Shown: positions 1-6,359 of the stretch, in pieces
Layout of the letters: each line of letters opens with the position of its first letter
How positions within the stretch are numbered: position 1 is the stretch's first letter
NCBI GenBank assembly: GCA_964520015.1
Contig: CAZFMA010000027.1
Location: 1-32,117 of the forward strand
Reading direction: 5' to 3'
DNA length: 32,117 nt
Origin: an uncultured Candidatus Saccharibacteria bacterium
GTDB taxonomy: Bacteria > Patescibacteriota > Minisyncoccia > Phycocordibacterales > UBA2100
Notes under the pieces: model-generated
The model's input: the letters and a program-made list of their open reading frames with translations, nothing else
What the model was told of the DNA's origin: nothing
The model's database searches: none
Program-made: the position numbers and the translations under genes

Positions 1-7
1 AATGGAA

Positions 8-160
8 TCCCGTTAGAAGTCACGGAAGTTCATACGTATAGGGAAACCGTAATACAGATATGTTCATCAGAAAATTACTGGCCTCGATAGCGGAGATGGA
101 AGCGCAAGCCCCGTTAGAAGCGAAGCTTCTAACGGGGCAAGCTTCCTACTTCTAACGGGA
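8..160. mobile_element. Family-1 palindromic-terminus element, copy 1 (terminal inverted repeats TCCCGTTAGAAGT / ACTTCTAACGGGA)
   Basis: The 13-nt arms at 8-20 and 148-160 are exact reverse complements. TGGAA at 3-7 is repeated at 161-165 directly outside the arms. The terminal A160 supplies the A of the arginase ATG. Confidence 0.6.
109..137. repeat. Family-1 minimal palindrome nested inside copy 1 (CCCCGTTAGAAGC-GAA-GCTTCTAACGGGG)
   Basis: Perfect 13-bp stem with a GAA loop. CAAG flanks it on both sides (105-108 and 138-141). Confidence 0.6.
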
Positions 161-1173
161 TGGAACGAGATTCGCTTTCTTTTTACAAACGATCAACCTC
201 TCGTGACCCAGTCACTCTTCTCTCGGTTCCTCTTGAGATCGGCTCTGACGAGCGCGGATTAGCAGAAGCCCCAAAATATCTTTTCGATCAGGGGCTAGAA
301 AAAGTCCTCGCTTCTTTAGGGCGCGAGATTTCTCAGGCGAAGACAATTTCAGTTCCGCAGGTGAAGCAGATAGCGAGCGCAGGACGAATGAAATACGCGG
401 AAGAGATTGCGGCCGTTGCGAAGCGTGTTGCGATTGCTACCGAAAAGGCGTTAAAAAGAGGGGATACGGTAATCGCGCTTGGCGGGGACCATTCGATTTC
501 GATGGGCACGATCGCGGGCGCTGCCGCGGCCCATCAATCTTTGGGAGTGATCTATATCGATGCACATCCCGACTGCAATACCGATGAAACGACGATCTCG
601 GGTAACGTCCACGGGATGGTGACCGCCGCCGTAATGGGAGTGGGACATGAGATCCTCACGAAGATCGCAAAGCGACACGTTGCTCCGGAGGACTTCGTTT
701 TCCTTGGCCTCAAAGATATCGATGAGGCAGAAATAGAATTTTTGCAAAAGCGATCGATTTCATGCACGACGGTCTTCGATATTGCGAGACATGGGCTCGC
801 ACCCGCCCTCGCAGCGATCGATCGGCTCGCACACAAAGTGGATGCCGTGTGGATCTCTCTCGACATGGACGCAATTGACGCCGCATACGCTCCCGGGGTG
901 GGGCTTGATTCTCCTGACGGGCTCACAAGGCGAGAAATTGTGGCGATCGCGCAATATATCGGAAAGGTCTGCCGTGTCGCAGGACTCGATATCGTTGAAA
1001 TGGTGCCTAAAAAAGATAAAGACGCAAAGACCGCGGGTCTCGCCCTCGAACTCCTCGCGCGTTTGCTCGGAGGCGAATACAGCTGGTACAAGGGCTACAT
1101 GGATACGTATCGAGAGACGAACGTCACGGCGCCTGAGCGACTACCTATGCACGTGCGAGGGCGAGGAGTGTAA
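160..1173 (+). CDS. Arginase/agmatinase/formiminoglutamase-family ureohydrolase
   Basis: 337-aa ORF carrying the family metal-binding motifs GGDHSIS, IYIDAHPD and SLDMDAIDAAYAPGVG. Confidence 0.85.
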   Translation: MERDSLSFYKRSTSRDPVTLLSVPLEIGSDERGLAEAPKYLFDQGLEKVLASLGREISQAKTISVPQVKQIASAGRMKYAEEIAAVAKRVAIATEKALKRGDTVIALGGDHSISMGTIAGAAAAHQSLGVIYIDAHPDCNTDETTISGNVHGMVTAAVMGVGHEILTKIAKRHVAPEDFVFLGLKDIDEAEIEFLQKRSISCTTVFDIARHGLAPALAAIDRLAHKVDAVWISLDMDAIDAAYAPGVGLDSPDGLTRREIVAIAQYIGKVCRVAGLDIVEMVPKKDKDAKTAGLALELLARLLGGEYSWYKGYMDTYRETNVTAPERLPMHVRGRGV

Positions 1174-1810
1174 CTTCTGCTCCAGCACGGCGGAGTGGCG
1201 TCGCCGCGTTCGCAAGTGTTGCGCCTGTCGTTGTCACGTCATCGATAAGAAATACATGAGTTTTGTTGACGAGTGCGGCATTTGGCGCAACAAATGCTCC
1301 CGCGACATTACTTAATCGCTCTGAACGGGGAAGGCGAGTTTGCGGTTTGGTATCTCGCGTGCGCGTGAGCGCCTGAGGCGCATAGGTCGCACGCGTACCG
1401 TCACGGAATTCTGGCGGCAATGCCCGAAGAACGAGTTCTATTTGATTAAAACCACGTTCACGCGCACGCGATGCATGCAGTGGCACCGGAGCAATAAGGA
1501 TTTTATGCTTACCGAAAGCCCGATGCGATGCGATCTCTTCCGTTAAATAATCTCCAAGGAGCTGGGCGCCAAGCTCGGCCGCATGAGCCGAACGATCGTA
1601 TTTCAGGGCACGAATGAGATCTTGTACCGCTGTGTCTCGGTAATCCATAAGCGTTGTGATGCTCGTTCCCAAAAGCTCATGCACGGTGGGGGTGAGAGGA
1701 ATATCCCGCACGGTGCGGGCCTTCGTGCGCGCGCTCCGCTCATGAAGGGGCAAGACCGCATCCAGAACAGATTCACAGGCGTATCGTATTATGGCGACCG
1801 TTTTATACAT
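1145..1810 (-). CDS. comFC: ComF-family protein (phosphoribosyltransferase domain, competence-associated)
   Basis: 221-aa ORF with the C-terminal PRTase motif VFLIDDVTTTGATL. Its 3' end overlaps the convergent arginase gene by 29 nt. Confidence 0.75.
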   Translation of the reverse strand: MYKTVAIIRYACESVLDAVLPLHERSARTKARTVRDIPLTPTVHELLGTSITTLMDYRDTAVQDLIRALKYDRSAHAAELGAQLLGDYLTEEIASHRAFGKHKILIAPVPLHASRARERGFNQIELVLRALPPEFRDGTRATYAPQALTRTRDTKPQTRLPRSERLSNVAGAFVAPNAALVNKTHVFLIDDVTTTGATLANAATPLRRAGAEVTLLALARA

Positions 1811-1888
1811 CGGGGAGAATTGTACGCATATCTCTCAAATAGTCGAGAATTCCTGATTTTAGCCGTCATGGTAGAGTAGTGGTATGGA

Positions 1889-1966
1889 CCCCGTTAGAAG
1901 CTTCGAGAATTGTGCCTCGGTCGGCATTATTGAAAAACTTTTAATATCTTATGGCTTCTAACGGGG
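1889..1966. mobile_element. Family-1 palindromic-terminus element, copy 2
   Basis: Arms CCCCGTTAGAAGC (1889-1901) and GCTTCTAACGGGG (1954-1966) are exact reverse complements around a 52-nt AT-rich core. TGGA flanks both sides (1885-1888, 1967-1970). Confidence 0.65.
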
Positions 1967-2298
1967 TGGATTTGGCGCAGAAAAGGTGTGTTGCATGCGA
2001 AGGTGGGGCACAGCCCATGACTTCTATGGAGGCAGAAGCAATGTTCAGCCATGTGAAAGACTGGATACTTTCTCCAGATAGCAAAAACATCTCCAAGCAG
2101 TTCAAATTCAAAAATTTTAAAGATGCAATGATGTTCGCAAATAAGATAGGAGACATTGCAGAATCGGAAGGACATCATCCTGACCTCTTGATCGGATGGG
2201 GAAGAGTCGGCGTAGAGCTTTCGACCCACGCCATCAAGGGCCTTTCCGAAAACGATTTCATTATCGCGGCAAAGATTGACTTGATTGAAAAAGGATAG
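1951..2298 (+). CDS. phhB: Pterin-4-alpha-carbinolamine dehydratase (PCD/DCoH)
   Basis: 115-aa ORF with the ESEGHHPDL motif and a typical PCD length. The start is ambiguous: ATG 1951 lies inside the element, and GTG 1966 is formed at the element end. Confidence 0.85.
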   Translation: MASNGVDLAQKRCVACEGGAQPMTSMEAEAMFSHVKDWILSPDSKNISKQFKFKNFKDAMMFANKIGDIAESEGHHPDLLIGWGRVGVELSTHAIKGLSENDFIIAAKIDLIEKG

Positions 2299-2431
2299 TA
2301 TAGTCTCGTTCCTTGTTCTTTGAGAAAAAAGTATTGCCGCAGCGCAAAGGAGCTTGAGATCAGGCTCTTTCCCGCTGTGGCAAACTCCGGATGAGCCGGA
2401 GAGCCAGCAGCGCAACAGAAGGAACTCCCAC

Positions 2432-3088
2432 ATGAGTGGCACTCCCTTCTCGACCGGGCAGCTCGGCAAGCTGCAGAACATCGTCAATATCGGCATCGCC
2501 ACGGCGCTGCCGAAGGTGGCGAAGCGTTTCGAGCCCAAGAGCACCCTCAAGGCGCTCGAGGGCAAGGGTGAAGTGTTTGCCGGCCGTATCGAGGGCGCTC
2601 TCGAGAAGGCCATCACGAGCATGCTCGTGTTGCGCCGCATCGGCACGGCGACCGTCGTACTCGACGGGCCGCACGACCCCGACTCCTACCACCGGACCCG
2701 CGAGGGCCTCTGGGTCTACGGCGACTATCGGAGCCGCATCGTCGCCGAGGCGAAGCCGACTCCGGCAGGTACGACCTTCAAGGTCGACATCGCCGAGATC
2801 GGGCAGGAGGGCGGCGCGACGGACGAGGAGATCGAGGACGCGTTGCCCAAGAACCACCTCTTCGGTGAGTCGCAGGTCTGCGCCGTCATCGCGGGCCTCA
2901 TCGCCAAGCAGCCGCGCGGCGAGGAAGGCGACCTCGACAATCGGGGCTATGCCAATCTCTTCTACACGTCTTCCTGCGTCGTCAACGTCGACTGGGGCGC
3001 CGTCCGCCGGGAGTGGAACGTCATCACGTGGAATCGCGACGACAGCAGGTGGGGCGCTGGCGTTCGCGTCCTGTCTCCCGCCAACTGA
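2432..3088 (+). CDS. DGR target (variable) protein with C-terminal VR
   Basis: The ORF ends in the VR. I prefer ATG 2432, which is preceded by AGAAGGAA, over the TTG at 2354 in the ORF track. About 65 percent GC, so spurious ORFs fill the other frames. No signal peptide or TM segment is visible. Confidence 0.8.
   Translation: MSGTPFSTGQLGKLQNIVNIGIATALPKVAKRFEPKSTLKALEGKGEVFAGRIEGALEKAITSMLVLRRIGTATVVLDGPHDPDSYHRTREGLWVYGDYRSRIVAEAKPTPAGTTFKVDIAEIGQEGGATDEEIEDALPKNHLFGESQVCAVIAGLIAKQPRGEEGDLDNRGYANLFYTSSCVVNVDWGAVRREWNVITWNRDDSRWGAGVRVLSPAN
2972..3083 (+). repeat. DGR variable repeat (VR)
   Basis: 112 nt align without gaps to 3416-3527. There are 15 differences, all at TR adenines. The VR covers the last 37 codons of the target gene. 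Confidence 0.92.
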
Positions 3089-3103
3089 CCCCTCGCTCAC
3101 TTT

Positions 3104-3122
3104 GTCCCGCCGGAGGCGGGAC
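3104..3122 (+). promoter_or_regulatory. GC-rich hairpin 20 nt downstream of VR (candidate DGR target-recognition hairpin)
   Basis: GTCCCGCC-GGA-GGCGGGAC: an 8-bp GC stem with a 3-nt loop. DGR systems are known to use a hairpin/cruciform 3' of the VR. Confidence 0.55.
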
Positions 3123-3174
3123 GGAATCTTCGGTCCCTTTGACACTGTGTCACTTGGGCCGAGGATTCTTTTTT

Positions 3175-3183
3175 TGATACAAT
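3175..3183 (+). promoter_or_regulatory. Extended -10 promoter element TGATACAAT, candidate promoter for the TR RNA
   Basis: Matches TGnTAnAAT. It follows the T-run after the target gene and lies about 230 nt upstream of the TR. Confidence 0.4.
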
Positions 3184-3415
3184 AGAGAAGAAATTTCCGG
3201 CACTGCGGCGGTTACGGCTTCCGCGTGGAGATTTTGGAACGAAGCGTGCCGGAATTCTTTTGGCTACGGCTTGAAGGCGCGCGCGTGCTTCGCTTTCAAC
3301 AAAAAACATTGGTCAGTTGGTATCCGCAATCGGTGGGCTTCGAGACCCCACGTCAGGTTCACTCCGGAGAGTATTCGACGGAGGGTGGCACGGATGGCTG
3401 CGGATACGAGAGGGC

Positions 3416-3527
3416 TCCTGCGTCGTCAACGTCAACTGGAACGCCGACAACCGGAAGTGGAACGTCAACACGTGGAATCGCGACGACAACAGGTGGAACG
3501 CTGGCAATCGCGTCCTGTCTCCCGAAA
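3416..3527 (+). repeat. DGR template repeat (TR)
   Basis: Invariant copy of the VR. It holds 30 adenines, many in AAC/AAT codons, and 15 of them are substituted in the VR. All 82 non-adenine positions are identical. Confidence 0.92.
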
Positions 3528-3538
3528 CTCCCAAGTTT

Positions 3539-3561
3539 CTCCCGCACTTACCGTGCGGGAG
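3539..3561. terminator. Hairpin after TR (CTCCCGCAC-TTACC-GTGCGGGAG) followed by TTTTCGTTT
   Basis: 9-bp stem with a T-rich tail on the plus strand. It overlaps the 3' end of the antisense Avd ORF. Confidence 0.45.
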
Positions 3562-3895
3562 TTTTCGTTTCGAGGCCTTTCTTCCAGCCACCTATCATGC
3601 GACCGAGCTCGTCGAGCCTTTCCGATAGAAGGGTGTACTTCTTAGTATCGATCGCGCAAAGCTCCCAAGCAATACGGAGTAGAAACTTCAACAAGTCAGT
3701 TTTCTTGAGCGCGGCGGTTATCGTAGGCAATTTTTCGTGCCTGCTCTGATAACTCGCGATGAAAAGGTATTCGAGTATAAGGATGAACGTCATGTCTATC
3801 TTATCGCCAAGCGTATATCGCGAGCTTTTGGGGAAGTCGTTCCGGAAGCCGTGCCAGAGTTTGTATACTGTCACTGTATGTTCGATAACAGGCAA
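3548..3895 (-). CDS. avd: Avd-like accessory variability determinant (four-helix-bundle / 23S rRNA IVS protein family)
   Basis: 115-aa basic ORF with [24 protein letters not shown] near the N-terminus and a GGWKKGL tail, both typical of this family. It uses a TTG start and lies between the TR and the RT, but on the opposite strand. Confidence 0.75.
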   Translation of the reverse strand: MPVIEHTVTVYKLWHGFRNDFPKSSRYTLGDKIDMTFILILEYLFIASYQSRHEKLPTITAALKKTDLLKFLLRIAWELCAIDTKKYTLLSERLDELGRMIGGWKKGLETKTPAR

Positions 3896-3924
3896 AATGC
3901 GTCGGTGGGGGGCATTCTAGGATT

Positions 3925-4920
3925 TTGTTCGCTCATACCTACGACGATATCATCTCCGTCGAGAATGTGCTCGGTGCGTGGAAGGAGTTCGTGAGAGGAA
4001 AGCGGAAGAAGAAAGACGTACAGAAATTCCAATACCGATTGATGGATAGCATTCTTGCACTCCATCGGGACTTGCAAGAAGGATCATACTGCCACGGCGG
4101 CTACCAGGCGTTTAAGATCAGCGATCCAAAGCCGCGCGACATCCACAAAGCAACAGTACGCGATCGCCTCGTTCACCACGCGTTGTACCGACAACTCTAC
4201 CCGTTCTTCGACCGTACCTTTATTTCCGATTCGTATTCTTGCAGGAAAGGTAAAGGTACACACCGCGCGATGAATCGCTTTCGCTCATTTGCGTACAAAG
4301 TCTCTAAGAACCACACGCGTACGTGCTGGGTCCTCAAGTGCGATATTCGCAAGTTCTTCGCCTCGATTGATCAGTCCATCCTACTGGGAATTATTGAACG
4401 ATATATTCCCGATCAAGATGTACGTTGGCTCATCGGACAAGTCGTCACTAGCTTCTCAACTACGGCAAGGCCGGGCCTTGCCGCATCGCGTGTTGGACTG
4501 CCACTCGGCAATCTCACAAGCCAACTTCTCGTCAACATCTACATGAACGAGTTCGATCAATTCGTAAAGCACAAACTGAAAGCGAAATACTATGTCCGTT
4601 ACGCCGACGATTTCGTGATTCTCTCGCATGACAGGAAACGACTCACATCAATAGGGCGATATATCGCTATGTTCTTACGGGAGCGGCTGAAGCTCGAATT
4701 GCACCCCAATAAACTATTCCTTAAGACACTTGCATCCGGCGTTGATTTTCTCGGCTGGGTTCATTTTCCCGATCATCGAGTCCTGCGGACGGCTACAAAA
4801 CGAAGAATGCTTAAACGCATGGAAGATTACGACAATGAAAATGTCATCAACTCATATCTCGGCATGCTCTCACACGGGAATGCGCGCAGACTTGTCGGGA
4901 AGATAAACAAAATCACGTGA
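3925..4920 (+). CDS. DGR-type reverse transcriptase
   Basis: 331-aa ORF with the RT motif 5 YVRYADDFVIL and the DGR-typical motif 4 LPLGNLTSQLL. There is no maturase or endonuclease extension. TTG start. Confidence 0.9.
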   Translation: MFAHTYDDIISVENVLGAWKEFVRGKRKKKDVQKFQYRLMDSILALHRDLQEGSYCHGGYQAFKISDPKPRDIHKATVRDRLVHHALYRQLYPFFDRTFISDSYSCRKGKGTHRAMNRFRSFAYKVSKNHTRTCWVLKCDIRKFFASIDQSILLGIIERYIPDQDVRWLIGQVVTSFSTTARPGLAASRVGLPLGNLTSQLLVNIYMNEFDQFVKHKLKAKYYVRYADDFVILSHDRKRLTSIGRYIAMFLRERLKLELHPNKLFLKTLASGVDFLGWVHFPDHRVLRTATKRRMLKRMEDYDNENVINSYLGMLSHGNARRLVGKINKIT

Positions 4921-5049
4921 CCCCGCACTAAACTTTGGCATTGCTCCCTTCGCGCCACACGTTCAGTCGACACCTTTTCTCTTTATTCGAGAAAACGGAG
5001 CGATTTGAGGGAATATATTCGCACAAAAATGCCGAAGTTAGTTCATGGG
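4921..5049. mobile_element. Family-2 inverted-repeat element, copy D (TTGGCAT...ATGCCGA termini)
   Basis: AACTTTGGCAT (4931-4941) pairs with ATGCCGAAGTT (5029-5039) with one G-U position and an 87-nt spacer. CCC/GGG outer ends match the other copies. No flanking direct repeat. Confidence 0.45.
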
Positions 5050-5051
5050 CA

Positions 5052-5060
5052 TGGTATAAT
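5052..5060 (+). promoter_or_regulatory. Extended -10 element TGGTATAAT placed 7 nt before the pilM ATG
   Basis: Perfect TGnTATAAT. The last T (5060) is 7 nt from A5067 and no SD lies between them, which implies a leaderless or near-leaderless mRNA. Confidence 0.5.
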
Positions 5061-5066
5061 TTCAGA

Positions 5067-6227
5067 ATGGCGTTTTCGCTCGATGGTCTGGTACAAAAAT
5101 TTTCCTCTCTCTTAGGTCAAGGTGTGAAGGGGGGAGGAGAGAGTGTCTTGGGAATTGATATTGGTGCCTCGAGCGCCAAGATCGTGCAACTACGCCCTTC
5201 CCGCGGGGCAGCGGTTCTTGAGACATATGGTGAAATAGCCCTCGGCCCGTTTGGCGGACAGCCGATAGGAAAAGCAGTGAAAATCTCGCCCGAAAAGACC
5301 GCGGAAGCACTCCTTGAAGTTATGCGCGAGGCCAATGTGACAGCGACCTCGGGTGGGCTTTCCATTCCGTTTTCTTCGAGTCTCGTCTCGGTCTTGGATT
5401 TGCCCAATGTCCAGCCGGAGCAGCTCAAGCGCATGATCCCCATTGAGGCGCGCAAGTATATTCCTATTCCGGTGAATGAAGTGACACTTGATTGGTTTGT
5501 GATCCCGCGCGAGGAAGGAGAGCAGAGCGCCTTTGATCGAGTGGAGAAAGAAACACCCCTGCAGGCAAAGGGACAGGAAGTGCTTCTCGTCGCAATCCAC
5601 AACGATGTACTCCAGAATTATCAAATCATTGCGGCAAACGCAGGTGTCACGATCAATTTTCACGAAATAGAGATTTTTAGCGCGATCCGCTCTTCGGCCG
5701 GGCATGGCATCGCCCCCGTCTTAATCGTTGATTTGGGTGCCGCGACGACGAAAATCTATATCGTTGAGCGGGGAATTGTGCGTCTTTCACATCTTCTCTC
5801 GATCGGGGGGCAACACATGACCGAGAACCTTGCGCGTTCTTTAAGTTGGGATTTTGAGAAAGCCGAACGCATCAAGCGTGAACATGGCCTCGTGACGTCG
5901 ACTGCGTATAGTCCCGAAGAGAACGACAAAATCAAAACCTCTTTGTTATCAACACTAACGCGTGTGTTTTCCGAAGTGAATCGGGTACTATTGAGCTACG
6001 GACAACGATACAATAAAAATGTATCGCGCGTGATCCTTGCGGGTGGCGGGGCGTCGCTTCTGGGATTGAGTGAGGTGGCACACAGCTCGCTTTCGGTTGA
6101 GGTAGAAATAGCGAACCCTTTTGTGCACGCTGAAGCGCCGGCGTTTCTTGAAAAGGTATTGCGCGACATTGGTCCGGGTTTTGCAGTTGCGGTGGGAGTC
6201 GCACTCCGCAAACTCAAGTCAAATTAA
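5067..6227 (+). CDS. pilM: Type IV pilus assembly ATPase-like protein PilM
   Basis: Actin-like fold signature (VLGIDIGASSAKIVQL, VDLGAATTKIYIV, ILAGGGASL). The TTG-start extension from 4935 is rejected because it runs through the repeat element. Confidence 0.85.
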   Translation: MAFSLDGLVQKFSSLLGQGVKGGGESVLGIDIGASSAKIVQLRPSRGAAVLETYGEIALGPFGGQPIGKAVKISPEKTAEALLEVMREANVTATSGGLSIPFSSSLVSVLDLPNVQPEQLKRMIPIEARKYIPIPVNEVTLDWFVIPREEGEQSAFDRVEKETPLQAKGQEVLLVAIHNDVLQNYQIIAANAGVTINFHEIEIFSAIRSSAGHGIAPVLIVDLGAATTKIYIVERGIVRLSHLLSIGGQHMTENLARSLSWDFEKAERIKREHGLVTSTAYSPEENDKIKTSLLSTLTRVFSEVNRVLLSYGQRYNKNVSRVILAGGGASLLGLSEVAHSSLSVEVEIANPFVHAEAPAFLEKVLRDIGPGFAVAVGVALRKLKSN

Positions 6228-6252
6228 TGAGCGTAGCGAATATAATTTGCTT

Positions 6253-6359
6253 GACCCAGCACCAATTTTGAAACTTTTGAAAATATGAAAAACTATCGCG
6301 TTCAGTCAAAAATAGCAATAGTTGGCATACCGTTCTGGCACTCAAAATTGGTGCTGGGT
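6253..6359. repeat. Family-2-related element, copy C (18-bp perfect inverted repeat)
   Basis: ACCCAGCACCAATTTTGA (6253-6270) and TCAAAATTGGTGCTGGGT (6342-6359) with a 71-nt spacer. The left arm resembles the left end of copy A (CCCAGCAGCACAATTT). Confidence 0.55.

Larger units (their letters stand above)
2432..4920 (+). mobile_element. Diversity-generating retroelement cassette (target/VR - TR - Avd - RT)
   Basis: All four DGR parts lie within 2.5 kb. See the individual features below. Confidence 0.9.

Noticed and set aside
2333-2420. Hairpin TTGCCGCAGCG/CGCTGTGGCAA (2334-2344 with 2373-2383) and CCAGCAGCGCAA (2403-2414) upstream of the DGR target, as a degraded family-2 element
   Set aside because: It matches the family-2 left end over only about 11 nt. 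There is no matching right end and no TTGGCAT core. It is more simply a leader hairpin of the target gene.
2354-3185. Long overlapping ORFs in several frames (2360-3145 minus, 2436-3185 plus, 2725-2940 minus)
   Set aside because: They result from the roughly 65 percent GC of this segment. Their products are low-complexity Arg/Ala/Ser/Pro strings. Only the frame ending in the VR has DGR support.
3225-3749. ORFs spanning the TR region (3225-3749, 3271-3645, 3317-3628 plus; 3313-3591, 3359-3547 minus)
   Set aside because: They cover the non-coding TR and its structured flanks. The VR-like translation in 3317-3628 only reflects TR homology. Their N- and C-terminal parts are not protein-like.
3925-4920. 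RT as a group II intron maturase or retron RT
   Set aside because: No intron RNA domains, X/maturase or endonuclease extension, and no msr/msd-type repeats are present. The adjacent TR/VR pair, the Avd-like gene and the GNLTSQ motif all point to a DGR RT.
4935-5066. N-terminal extensions in the ORF track (pilM from TTG 4935; also 7576, 13520, 14948, 20775 and 31483)
   Set aside because: The extensions run through repeat elements, overlap upstream genes or lie antisense to a tRNA. Internal ATGs give canonical N-termini (PilM, TM helices, the prepilin peptidase MIPLTFGL, the prepilin leader).
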